NCBI GenBank assembly: GCA_028534125.1
Contig: CM052817.1
Span: forward strand, 7,256,001 to 7,320,000
Origin: Lama glama
Taxonomy: Eukaryota
Direction of reading: 5' to 3'
Length of the DNA stretch: 64,000 nt
Shown here: one piece after another, positions 13,235-25,214 of the stretch
How positions within the stretch are numbered: the stretch's first letter is position 1
How the letters are laid out: each line of letters begins with the position of its first letter
Notes under the pieces: generated by a model
Told to the model about the DNA's origin: nothing
Databases searched by the model: none
What the model saw: only the letters and a program-made list of their open reading frames with translations
Made by a program: the position numbers and the translations under genes

Positions 13235-13668
13235 TGCTGGAGGAGGTCATTTAGGGGATGTGACAGTTGGTTGACCTGCAAGGTGGACGCAGGCAACTGA
13301 AGGCTCCCCACCCCTTACCCTGTCCTTGGAAGGTATATTCCATCCACCATTCATATTACCAGAACCATTTCAAGGATGTAACCTTGGAAGAGGGAAGAGG
13401 AAGGTATTGTTGAGACTAGCTGGATTGAACATGTGACTGAAACCAATTAAGTCCTCTATGTAAACTTTGAGATCTTCTCAGGCAGATTTGGAGATCTCAC
13501 CTTGCTGCCACCTAAGACAAGCCTGGTATATGTAAGTTCTCTTGCTGATTAAAACTACTACCTGCCAGTCTAGAGTGGTCTGCCTCTTTCTTCATTTTCT
13601 CCTTGCTCTCAGTGCATGGGGCCAGTTTCAAATTTCACCCAGAGAACTCCTGAGGTTGGGATCCAACA
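13235..13668 (+). mobile_element. ERV1-class solo LTR (MER89-like, family uncertain)
   Basis: TG…CA termini; internal ctatgtaaactttgagatc, attaaa poly(A) signal, gagtggtctgcctctttcttc…gggccagtttcaaatttcaccc…gaggttgggatccaaca. Confidence 0.65.
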
Positions 13669-14394
13669 CAAGTTACACTCCCAAATCTGTGCTGTCCTAT
13701 GATATATTGTCTCCTTGCCTGGGGGCAGATTCCCAGGTTCCATCCCATGCAGAATTCCTGAATCAATCCTGATAGTTTAAAGAACTCACATAGACTCATC
13801 TTTCCAATTATCTTCCCTTACTGGTACCCAAGAAGCAAGCTTCATCAATGGAATTCCATGGGGTCCACATACTTTTAGATGGAGACCACTGGGGACACCA
13901 AAACCAGTGTGATGAGCATTGACAAAAGCTCAGCTGGAATCAAAGTAAAAAAAAAAAAAAAAGTCAACAAGAGAATCAAGAAGTACTCTCAAACCAGAGT
14001 TGCAGGAAGCAAATCCCAAATTTAGGATTAGAAGTTAAAAAAAAAAATAACCAAAGAAAAACGAGTAAAAGCAAGTAAAAGCCATTGCATAAACACCTTG
14101 GACTATTATTTAGATCTTACTTTTGTTCTTCCTTAAAGGAATAAGGAAATTATGTCTCTCAATTTGTAAGGCTTAAAAACTGGAAAGGATCATTTAGCCT
14201 TAACAAATATGGTGAATATGGGGGCACGAGCTTGCCCACAGGACTCCAGATGTTTCTTCACTCCTGCAGTGATACTCCAGCCCTGATTACCAAGAACGGT
14301 GCCTCGGTCTTCTTATTTATACTCTGATTGCTGAGTGGCCCAGGAGCCCGTTTCTGAAGCTGTACCCTCTACATTAGGAATATTATTATTTTTT

Positions 14395-14529
14395 AAGATC
14401 GAATTGGCTTTATTAAACGGTTCATGAATTAGAAGGGCATGCTGAGGGGTAGTGCAGACAGAAGGTTTTTATAGGTGGGCGGTGGGCAAGAAAGTGTCAG
14501 CAAAAGAAAATATTTCAAGTCTGGACTCC
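14395..14529 (-). mobile_element. ERV1 LTR fragment (MER34/LTR39-like) spanning TATA box to poly(A) signal
   Basis: aagatcgaattggctttattaaacggttcatgaat…gaaggtttttataggtggg…ggcaagaaagtgtcagcaaaagaaaa; minus-strand TATAAAA at 14467-14473 and AATAAA at 14409-14414. Confidence 0.6.
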
Positions 14530-14648
14530 TTTTTATTTTAATTTAATTTTATTGAGTTACAGTCAGTTTACAATGTTTTGTCAATTTCCAGTGTAGAGCA
14601 CAACTTTTCAGTTATACATGAACACACATATATGCATTGTCGCATTCT
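14530..14648 (-). mobile_element. Camelid-type L1 3' end
   Basis: polyT then attgagttacagtcagtttacaatgttttgtcaatttccagtgtagagcacaac. Confidence 0.9.
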
Positions 14649-14778
14649 GAAAAAATTTTATCTCAGAGCTGCAAAGTGGAAGACTATAGGGAGCATCTGA
14701 TTTTTCAGGTGCATACTAATTAGCTCAGCCAGGTTTTGAAAATGTATTTAGTTCCAACGTTTAAATACCTGAAATGTA

Positions 14779-14880
14779 CAATTTTGAAATCCCGTCTATC
14801 CCTTCCAACATTGTAAAATGATTACAAATCAATAAAAAATGTTTAAAAAAATAAAAAATAAACCATTTTAAATAAATAAA
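14779..14880 (+). mobile_element. Miniature 5'-inverted (twin-primed) camelid L1 insertion
   Basis: Perfect TSD taaatacctgaaatgta at 14762-14778 and 14881-14897; inverted L1 3'UTR piece 14779-14806, then forward caacattgtaaaatgattac…polyA. Confidence 0.85.
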
Positions 14881-16056
14881 TAAATACCTGAAATGTATAT
14901 AAATTTAAGTTAATATTGCACAAATATCTTGAAAAATATCTGAGATCTTGCAATATTGGCCCACAGTCCACAAAAACATAATTGGCTGAGGCTGAGTTCT
15001 GGCTGACCCAGAGGGTATGTACGCACCTCCCACTGCCTCACCGTCCTTCCCATTCCCTTTGCAGCAGCTTCCCTGAGTCACTCGTTTGCCCGATCTACCT
15101 CGTCTCCATGGGCGTTTGTCAGGAGCGTGCCTTGCCTCTGGCTTCCATACACACAGACCTCCTGGAACCTCATGGCTGCCACTCTGACTTTGAGCACTAT
15201 TTGCAGTTTGCAGACGTCTGCTGCTCTATCCCACCAGGGGTCTGGGAATTAGTTTGATAAAATATGATCTGAAATATAACTAAGAACCAACTAAGCTTCT
15301 TGACATCCTTCAGGATGCTCACTGTGTCTCTCATCTGGGTCGTCAGCTCCTCTGAATACTTTTCCTGTCCTTGATCACCTCCTTTTATTATCACCCTCAC
15401 TGGCTAGTGTAAAATCTCACCACACCCTGAGGGTCCTTCTCCACTCTCTTCTTACCCACCATCAGGGCATGAGCCTGCTGTCTACTTTGCAGAAGAAGAA
15501 AAATCCTACCACTGCACAGACAAAATTATGAAATTACAGAAGTGTGCCAGGTGCTGCAATGATCATTATGCTGATCCCGGGTTTTATTAAATTATTTGAC
15601 AGGCAGATAGGTAATCCCTTCCCGTTTCTCTCTCTCAACTATACGCCTTTTAAAATCTGGACATTCAAACAAAGAGGCTGATCCTCAAATGCAGAGAAGT
15701 CAATCATTTATTTGTCAAAGTTATTTGGACAGAAGCTCCTCCCTGTCAAAATTCTAAATGTAGACTGGAGTATTCAACAAATATTCAAATATCCAGTATA
15801 AATAAAGTAGTATTTGAGCCAAATTCATAAGCGATATCTTACCCAACCCTCAAAAAAGCCCACCTGAACCTTTTCTGACGTCTTCCCTAGCACTTATGTT
15901 AGTAATGAGCTTTACTCTAGCTTCCCACTTAATGATCAACTTTGACGTGTAGTAAGTCCTCAGTAACTACTTGTCCAGAAAATTAATTATTGTCAATAGG
16001 ATTACAGTATAATCATGTCATACTCAATAGCAAGGAAGTTCATCATCAATAACCAT

Positions 16057-16200
16057 GTAGGGATTCTGTGTCTTTTCTTCACATCTCACACATCCATTCC
16101 CCAGTTCCTGGAAGTTTTGGCGGCCAGTAACACACAGATGAATCTCTGACTTCTCCTATCACATAGTCCACCACCTCAAAGCTCCTGGGCAACTACAGTT
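16057..16200 (+). mobile_element. LTR16-like 5' LTR fragment
   Basis: tgtagggattctgtg…cattccccagttcctggaagttttggcggccag…cacagatgaatctct resembles the LTR16 start. Confidence 0.5.
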
Positions 16201-16319
16201 GCAGTTGACTTCTTGTATGGATATGTAGTTGAGGTGCCAAGTTAGAAATGGGTTATCATTTATAAAGATAGATCACGCACCCTAAATCAATAACTGTTAT
16301 GTGGTTCTTTTATAGACAG

Positions 16320-17160
16320 AATGCATCTGCTCAGTTCCTGAAAGTGGAAGTAGAAGTGACTTCACTGACTGTCACTCACCATTCACTTAATCAGAGAATG
16401 TACGCTCCCTATAATCCCAGACTTGGAATCTGTAAGCTTAGAGTTTGGTTCATCCAGGTGAAACATGTTCACCTGGTAACAGTGTGGGAGCCCCACTGAC
16501 CCTTAAGCCATGACTGTCATTGGATCCTATCAGGCTCCTCATGCCAAGAGACAAATATGCAAGGACAGGAACCATCACACTGGCAGGGCTAATGGACCCA
16601 GTTATGAAGATATTGACTTTCTCCTACATCCTGGGAAAGAAAAGAATATATTTGTCACTCAAGATATAAACTGGAGTGTCCTTTGGTGTTCTCATGACCA
16701 GTTTTAACAATAAATGGACAAATACATCAGCCAAGGTATGAAATAGGCATGAGATCCAAGAACTCAGCCCTCTCATGGATAAAGCTCTAAGTTTCCTCAC
16801 CAGGCAAGTCTCCCAGGGCAACAGAGGTCCTCATTCAGTGGGTAGAACATATGGCAGAGGAAACAAAAGTATGAGTATCCGTTACAGCCTTGAGGTTGAC
16901 TTTGGCAACAAGAGCTGTAATTTGTCCTATTATCTCTACACTTATAAGTTTCCAAGGAAAGAATACCAATCGGAATCCAGAAGAAGCTATTTATGTATGA
17001 GGTGAATTTACTATAAGAAGCAAATGAATATGAGTGCTGCAATGCCTAAGTATGCCTAGTTCTAGAGAAAAATAATTTTGGTAGAGGGTCAAGGGCTGAA
17101 ATCATTGTGATAACACCTGAGTTTTGTTTAAGATTGTGTAGGAAACAAAGGAGCAGCGCA
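16320..17160 (+). pseudogene. Decayed ERVL internal segment (ERV3-16A3/HERV-L-like): integrase tail, dUTPase and 3' region
   Basis: Frameshifted translation KVEVEVTSLTVT…PLTLKP*LSLDPIRLLMPRDKYARTGTITLAGLMDP/SYEDIDFLLH…PVLTINGQIHQP…SPGKSPRATEVL…QQEL* parallels HERV-L VEVEVAPLTIT…LAGVIDPDYQDEISLLLH…PVIKVNGKLQQP…PPGKKPRPAEVL…QKRGL*. Confidence 0.85.
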
Positions 17161-17227
17161 ATGATCATCTTACAAGTCTCCAGGTCCCTTGATGTCCTGA
17201 AATTCCAAACTGAATGCTTATTTCTCC

Positions 17228-17446
17228 AGATTTGCAGATACACACTACAATGTATAAAATAGATAAACAAATAGTTTCTACTGTAGAGCACAGGAAACTA
17301 TATCCAGTATCTTGTAGTAACTCATAATGACAAAGAATATGAAAATGAATATATGTATGTGTATGTATGACTGAATTATTATGCTGTACACCAGAAATTG
17401 ACATAACATTGTAAACTAGCTATACTTCATTAAAAAAAAAAAAAAG
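17228..17446 (+). mobile_element. Camelid-type L1 3' end with polyA
   Basis: agatttgcagatacacactac…aaatagataaac…ctgtagagcacaggaaactatat…gctgtacaccagaaattgacataacattgtaaac…A tail. Confidence 0.92.
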
Positions 17447-17859
17447 AACTAAATCATGAGCCTTGCCTAACCTGCAAAAAGTCATGACTCCTAAATTTTG
17501 GCATTTTCCAAATGTGCTTTTCCTCAATTTCCTCATCAGTAAAGTGATAAGCTGGATTTAAGCAATGTCTAAGAATCATACCAGTACTAGAATTCTAGAA
17601 TTCTATTAAAATCACCAAGAACTAGAAGTTGCTCTGAAATGTTAAGAAGAAAATAGATGATGCATGTTTCTGTATGCCTCCTCAAATCAACTTTTATATT
17701 GATTGCTATACATTCAATGTATTACAGTGGAAAATCCAGAAGAATCTCTGAATCTCTTCACGTTTGCTTCTAAATCATCCAGTAAGATTATTTTGCTAAT
17801 AAAACACTTATGATCTGTAATTATTGCAAGTAGATTATTTTCTGTCGTCTTACCACCTT

Positions 17860-18359
17860 NNNNNNNNNNNNNNNNNNNNNNNNNNNNNNNNNNNNNNNNN
17901 NNNNNNNNNNNNNNNNNNNNNNNNNNNNNNNNNNNNNNNNNNNNNNNNNNNNNNNNNNNNNNNNNNNNNNNNNNNNNNNNNNNNNNNNNNNNNNNNNNNN
18001 NNNNNNNNNNNNNNNNNNNNNNNNNNNNNNNNNNNNNNNNNNNNNNNNNNNNNNNNNNNNNNNNNNNNNNNNNNNNNNNNNNNNNNNNNNNNNNNNNNNN
18101 NNNNNNNNNNNNNNNNNNNNNNNNNNNNNNNNNNNNNNNNNNNNNNNNNNNNNNNNNNNNNNNNNNNNNNNNNNNNNNNNNNNNNNNNNNNNNNNNNNNN
18201 NNNNNNNNNNNNNNNNNNNNNNNNNNNNNNNNNNNNNNNNNNNNNNNNNNNNNNNNNNNNNNNNNNNNNNNNNNNNNNNNNNNNNNNNNNNNNNNNNNNN
18301 NNNNNNNNNNNNNNNNNNNNNNNNNNNNNNNNNNNNNNNNNNNNNNNNNNNNNNNNNNN
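17860..18359. other. Assembly gap (500 N)
   Basis: Run of exactly 500 N. Confidence 1.
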
Positions 18360-18569
18360 TTGAATTGGCAGATTATCAGAACTGCATCTAAATTTTATGA
18401 AATGCAGATCTGATAATCTTTGCCTAATCTTGCTTTTATCCATTTTCTTTAATAGATGCTAATCTCCAAAAATCTTTTTGCAATTCTAATTGTTTTATTC
18501 TCTCTGCACTGAAATCCCAAATGACACCAATTATATCTCTGTAGGTACAGATTTCTTAGGACACAAAGG

Positions 18570-18655
18570 ACTATCTATCTGTCTATCTATCTATCTAACA
18601 TCTATCTACTTATCATATGCAAACATATATATGTACACATGCATGTGTATATATT
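18570..18655. repeat. (TCTA)n and TA/TG low-complexity tract
   Basis: ctatctatctgtctatctatctatct… followed by atatatatgtacacatg. Confidence 0.7.
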
Positions 18656-18677
18656 TTATTTACCTTCTTACTCTTTA

Positions 18678-19657
18678 GACTCAATCAAATGTAAAAACTC
18701 TGCTCCTCAAAAGACTTAGTGGACAAATGAAAAGACACATGAAAGATTGATAAAAAGCATTCATAATACATATATCTGCTAAGGAACTCATAGTGGGAAT
18801 ATATAAAGAGCTTCTACAAATCAATTAAAAAAAAACACAGAAGCAACCCATTTAAAAAACCAGCAAAAATGAAACTTCACAAAAGAAAATATATGAAAGT
18901 TAATAAGCACATGAAAACAGGCTTAACAGCATCAGTCTTCAGGAAATTCCAATTTAAAACTGCAATATCACTGGATACCCACTGGAATGGCTAAAATTAA
19001 AAAGCCAAAAAGCACCAAATGCAGTGCAGATGTGGAGTAACTGGAATTTCATATATTGCTGATAAGAGTTAGAATGTCATCCCGTTTTGGAAAATGGTTT
19101 GAAGGTTTCTTATAACATCTAACCTCCAATCTATCATTTTTAACTCCACACTACATATGCCCCCACCAAAAAAAAAGTACAAACATATATCTTAGATGAG
19201 ACTTAAAGATGTTCACGGAAATATTAGGCACAAGTGGCCTAAAGTGAAAACAACATAAATTTAAATCACTGAGAGAACACATAAATTATAATATATTCAT
19301 ACAATGATATATTACTCAGCAAATATAGAATAAACCATTGAAAAAGGCAACAAAATAAATTATTTGCAAAATATTATATTTAATTTGCAAAAGCCAAGCA
19401 CAAAAGAATATATACTCCTGATTACATTTGTATGGAATTCAGGAGTAGGCTAAACTTACCTATGGTGATGGACATCAGGACAATAATTGCCTTGGGGCAC
19501 AGGATCACGTGGAAAGGAATATTAAGGAAACTTCTGGGGTATAAATATGTCTTTACTTTAATTGAGGTGGTTGTTACATGGACATACACATTTGTCAGCA
19601 CTCATCAAACTGTATGCATAAGATCCATGTGTTTTCTTACATGCAAATTATACCTCA
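18678..19657 (+). mobile_element. Old L1 (L1ME-like) ORF2 end and 3'UTR
   Basis: aataagcacatgaaaa…ggaatggctaaaattaaaa…gatgtggagtaactggaa…ctatggtgatggacatcaggacaataattgccttgggg…catttgtcagcactcatcaaactgta…tgcaaattatacctca. Confidence 0.85.
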
Positions 19658-21104
19658 CACATTGCCTCCAACCTGAAATTAAAGCAGAAATCAGAGACTT
19701 GCATTTTGCTAAATACAATTAAAATAATAGCAGAAAGAAAATGAAGGCAAAGAAAGAATAGTGATGATAAAAGATAAAGGAGAAAGAAATGAAAACCAAG
19801 AATCTGATGGAAACCAAGGGAAATAGGGAGTAAGAATGACATTATAATGAATTTGAAAAGGATATTAGAAAAGTGAAATGGGAAAAAAAAAACAAAGTTA
19901 GGATGACAGAAGATAAATGAAAGTTTCAACACAGAGATTTGGAAAAATGTTGATTTTATTTACTCTCCAGAGAGGACCATGAATGCTAGGAGAAAATTAA
20001 TGCCCTGTAGATGATCATTTTATCCCATCTATTGATCACAGCATGTATATTATTCTTTGCTCCTGGGACTTTTTAAAACCTTTTTGCCTTCTGTTTCTTG
20101 TATATTCTGACTTCTAAAGCACAAATACAAATGCTTTTTCATGTAATTTAAACCAGAGTCTATAAAGGGCTTCCAATTCAGATAGAAAAAATTCCAGCCT
20201 TTAACCTTCACATAGATCTTAAACTTATTAAACAGAGGCAAGCAATATCTTAAGTAGACACATGGAATAAAAAGCCATTGGTGTTTATATTTTTTTTTTC
20301 CATTTGAGTTCTGTAATTAAAACATTGCATTAGGTAATTTACATGTGCTAACTCAGTTAGTTAGTCCTTTTGATGGTCATGGAGGTGCCTTGATAGGAAA
20401 ACCCTTCCTACTGAAAACTCAGTGGTGATAGAAACCTGATTCTACTGGATCATAAGGGCAGATTATAAAATATGCAAGGAATTTGTGAGCAATTTGGTAG
20501 CTTGAAATTGGTTGTGGTGGGAATGTATGTATCAAGGGAACCAGTCAACATTATAAATTTTTTTTTTCTGTCCATAGAGGTAGTTTACCAGCACAGCACT
20601 GCTTATGTTCTTGTTCCATTTAACAGTATAATTTTATTTAATTATCACGTATCTTCCTTAATATGTTATTCTCTCCATGAGAGCTACAACCTGCATTTCA
20701 CTTTTTTTTTTTTTCCAGTTTGGACTCCAGTGCCTAGCAGTGAAATCATGAGTTAAAATAGTAAACTTTCCATTTTAGTTATGTTGAAGCATGGAGGTTA
20801 CATAATTTCATATAGTGATGGAGCCATGAGACAAGTTTATCTTACTCCAGAATTCTACTCTGCCCACAGACTATATTGTCCCTTCAAATAGTAAACAAAT
20901 AATTAAAAAAAAAAAAGAATCAAGCACACCCTTTGATAAAAGCATTTGGAGAAATAATATAGTATGTGAGTGAGTGAGCACAAATCAATCCAGATGATAT
21001 AATATTATTTTTGTCATGAAGATAGTAAATGATCATTTTACATACAAACCCATAAAAGACTCTTGGATATACTATCAAATGATATGAAGATTTTTAAAAA
21101 TTAC

Positions 21105-21300
21105 ATAATGGCTAAAAAGTTGAACTCTGTGCTCAACCTAGATTCAAGTCTCATCTGTGATAACTTCCTGGCTTCTAACCTTAAATAAGTTACTCAGTTT
21201 ATCTAAGTTTCAATCTCTAAGTTTCAATTTGAAGTCTCTAAAAACTAAATAAGAAAATTCCATAGAATACCTAACATGGAATGAACTAAGTAGAGCAAAT
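21105..21300 (+). mobile_element. MIR SINE fragment
   Basis: aatggctaaaaag…acctagattcaagtctcatctgtg…accttaaataagttactcag…taagtttc. Confidence 0.5.
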
Positions 21301-23639
21301 AATTGGAGGAATAATAAAAATAGTAAACACATTTTAGTTATGAGTGCAGATTTGTTTAAAAGTGGCATGTCTCCATAATTTGAACTAAAATTAGCTTTTG
21401 CTTCCTAAATTAATGATAATGTGAATCATCTGTGTAGAATTAATTCAAAAGATTGTCTGCTGAAGCAGAGATGACTTTGGAGAAAACATTGTTTTAATTA
21501 GCATGACTAACGTGATAACAGAAAGGCATTTTCTGAGAAAATGATCTTAATGAAAGAGGAAAGCTTAGAGATTATGAAAGGAAGAGGCCGAGAACAGGAA
21601 AGTGCAGATTTATCTTTAGTATTTTGTTTTAGGTGGAATTGGCCAGACCCAAACACCCCACAACCTGAGAGGGGTGTGGTTGCAGTAGTTCATCAGGATG
21701 AACTATCCCCTTGATACTATCACTTTGCACTAATTCTGTAATAAATAAGTTACCCTCTGATGACTTATGTCGCTTCCAGGATATACCAGCATGGAGAAGC
21801 CTAGATAAATAGCTATATCTAAAAGGTTAGTATTTATTGTAAATGAAAGGTTTTCGTGTCTGTTCATCAGTCTCTTCTGAACATGAGTAATTTCTGACTG
21901 AAAATACACCACCAGAATAGCAAATGTCTAGACCTGCAAAGCACGAGAGCACACTTTCAGATCGGAACATTCTCTCTAAGAAGTGGGCATTGGATGCGCC
22001 CTTGCCCCAGGGACCAGCCAGACTCCCTCCTAGAAATGTCTGTGTCGTCCCGTCTAAATGCACAAAGACACGTGCATGTGATAGTTTTGGGCATACATAA
22101 ATGATGGCCATCCTTATGGCCGTTGGTTCCTGCATCAAAAGTATTAGAAAAATCGGGGGCTAAAAGCTTAATATTCCACATTCATACCTGAAGAAGTGGA
22201 AGGTCATAAAAATGCAAGGAACTGGTCAAACTAACAGAGCCATAGGGAATCAAATTCTTGGCAATAAGTCTTTTTCTCTCCTGAGTCAAACCAAAGCCCA
22301 CAGCACGTTTTGCATCTTATTGCTAATAATAAGGAGTGAAATAAAATAATGAATCTTTAATTCCTAATGATGTTTTCCGAAAAGAGTCTTAGAGGGATAA
22401 GTGAGTTACTGCCTACTTTTCCAGTGGAGTGTGAACACACCTAAGAGGGTAAGAGGCAAACATTCATTTCCCCCTCTTTCTTCGTGTTGGTTTGGTTTCA
22501 CTTTCAAATTGCATCATTTATTTGTCAAATATGTCACCATCATTGAATAGTTAATGATTATCTACTTGGCTATTTTCACTTTCAAGTGCATTTGCTTTGT
22601 TGCATGGTATCACTTAATTAATATGATTAATTGTTCCTAAAGTGAGCTTTTCTAGGACTAGAAAAATAAATTAAAAAGGATATTTTTTTAAAGCTCACAT
22701 CCTAAGCAGAGTACATTCAAGTAATATTCTCAGACTAAATTAGACCATGTTGGTGTTTATTTATTGATTTATTTTTTAATCATGAATGGCTGTGTTCTCT
22801 AGTACATATAAAAGTATTTAAACAGAAGCATATAAGAACAATGAACTAGCACTTTCCAACTGTGAATTCATTTGTTTAATGCCAAGTGCAGCTTTTTTCC
22901 ATTGAGTCCATTTCTTTCACAATAACTTAAATAATTATAGTCACCAACAGTGCTAAAAAACTAATTAAAAATTAATTATTTCTGTACATCTACTAAATCT
23001 TCATATTTTTAGCCAAAATTACTTTGGCTAATGCTTTAAATCGTCTTTGAAAAATGAATTGACTCCAAGAGCACCAAATAAGAAACAACAGGGCCAGTAA
23101 ATCAGGATGGCTGTACAGTGAAAGGCAACGCTGATCACTGCCTGATGGTTTTGACTGGACACTGGAGCAGCTAACGTGCCCGCTCAGGACTTTATGGACC
23201 ACACACACACAACCACAGTACACAAGGGACCTTAAGATGATTGCATAATTTTAAAAGAGATGTAGAGACATGTTTAAGAATTGTTGGTACCAGCATCTTT
23301 TTGATTATTTTCTTTTAATTAAGCACACATGCAGAAGCGCAAAACTGGACATAGACTCATAAAACTTTAGAGGTTTAGCAAATTTACACTGTAAGTGATT
23401 TTATCACTTTCCTTGTAAAATGAAGGTAGAGATGGAAATCCATCTCAGAGCATTTTAGGATGGTTAAATGGAACTGTAGACGCCCCGTGCTGAGCAGTGC
23501 ATCCAGCACAGTCATTTGTACATAATCCACTTTGCTAGTGTCAAGGCACACTGTGTATAAATCTAACCCCTATTTTCAAAGAACCTCCAATAGTGTTTAT
23601 GACTTTTTCCCTGTGCTATTCTTCCTTTTTTTTCCCTAA

Positions 23640-23960
23640 GAACATTAGTCAACTCTCGTGGCTCACTTATTATGAATATACTAATGTTTCCCAAATCTTC
23701 AGTCTAGCTCAGACATTGCTTTGATCTCCAAAGCCATGGTTGCTGCCTTTTTACAGCTTGTACCCATTCATTTCTCTACACATACTTCAAAGTCCATGAG
23801 GACCCAGAAACCTTTAAAGCTTTTAAACCTGTAAATATACTCATCTGTCTTTTTCATCTCTGTCTTACCGGAGGTGTGGCGTGGTCACATATGAATGGTC
23901 AATAATCATTCAGTTTTCAAACAAGACACTTCAGTGTTCCTAAATATCCTGATAGTCTTT
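23640..23960 (+). mobile_element. L2 LINE ORF2 fragment
   Basis: ctctcgtggctcacttattatgaatatactaatgtttcccaaatcttcagtctagctcagac resembles the L2 RT SHGF-YHLYADDSQI region. Confidence 0.5.
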
Positions 23961-24039
23961 ATGTTAAATTAAATAGGACCTGATTCCCCCACAATGCCTC
24001 ACATTTGTCCCTATAGCATTATTATTTTTACTGCATCCT

Positions 24040-24590
24040 TGTTTCTTAGCAGGATTTTTTTATGTAACCAGCTAATGTACATTCCCAGGTGTTCCCACTG
24101 CAGCCTAGTAGACAGGACTCAAAGGTACTGGAGGATAAAAGGAATTACCCACTGTGAAGTTTAACTGTGAAGGCTGGGTGAGAAAAGTGTCTCAGGAGTG
24201 ACTGGATCCAGAATGATGGCTCAGGGTTCCGTTTCTGCAGGCTTCTTTCAGACAACTTGGGATCCAACCAGGGCAGTTCTATCTCCCTGTAGTCCCAACT
24301 TGCAGCTCCAGTGAAAAGGGAGCTTCAAGCTCGTGGTAGCTGTGGAATATACAAGAAAAGAACACGGTCCACTTCCCCTTTGGAGCAATGGCCCCAGGAG
24401 GTCGGTGCACCGTAAACATCTCAATCTGAGACCATTATTCACCCTTCCAGACAAAGTAAGGGAAGGTGTAACGATCAATAGTCCCATTAGAACCAGTTAA
24501 TTGTGGAGCAAGGCTTTCCCTCAAATTAAGAATGCTGAACCAAGAGAAATAAGTTATTTACTCTAGGAGTCAAAATTGTGTTCACCGCAG
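24040..24590 (-). mobile_element. Old MaLR LTR (MLT1K-O-like)
   Basis: ctcaggagtgactggatccag…ttccctcaaattaagaatgctgaaccaagag…caaaattgtgttcaccgca resembles the MLT1 reverse complement; highly diverged. Confidence 0.4.
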
Positions 24591-24786
24591 GTGACTCTAA
24601 CCTGCTACTCTGGCTGATAAGCCTTCAGTCTCCCTAGTGTGCCTACAGATTACAGTGCAAACTCATTTGTGTGATAAAAAAAGATACAAAATTTGATCTC
24701 ATGTTTCTTTCAAGTCTTTTCAAGTCACTGCCTTCCTGCTCCTATACTTGACATACTGCAGATAATGAGTCATTCCCTAGGGAAAA

Positions 24787-24787
<1 letters not shown>

Positions 24788-24831
<44 letters not shown>

Positions 24832-24878
24832 ACGCACACGCACACGCACACGCACACAAACACACAAACACACACACA
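24788..24878. repeat. Compound microsatellite (CA)n-(CACACG)n-(CA/CAAA)n
   Basis: Directly visible. Confidence 0.97.
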
Positions 24879-25214
24879 ACCTTAATACAATGAACTTCTA
24901 TCCACAAGGGCTTTGCTCATTATACTTCTCAGTAGAATTTCTCTGTCCAGAATGCTTGCCACGTCTTCCAGCCATTTCTGAGGAATCCCTTATCATTTGT
25001 CACTTCCAAGGAAAACATTACCCTTTTTATACTATTTTAGGGAAAAATCAATATTAAGTCCCTCTTTAGCATCAGCAATGCTTTGTATACGCCTTGATTG
25101 AAGTCCTAGTACTAGTACTGTTTGGAGAGTTGATATGAAGGTTATATATTATATTAATATGAAAGATATATGTTATATAATAATATGAAGGATATATATA
25201 ATAAAAATATAAAA

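Noticed and set aside
17824..18443. Long ORFs across N runs (also 7605-7895, 34580-35272, 53083-53753)
   Set aside because: Artefacts of translating assembly gaps.
24252..24455. Exon-like segment (tttcag acceptor, AAA/gtaagg donor) and minus-strand 79-aa ORF
   Set aside because: Appears to lie in an old MaLR LTR; the + frames I read give no recognisable protein.
24693..24893. His-Thr/His-Ala repeat ORF
   Set aside because: Translation of the (CA)n microsatellite.
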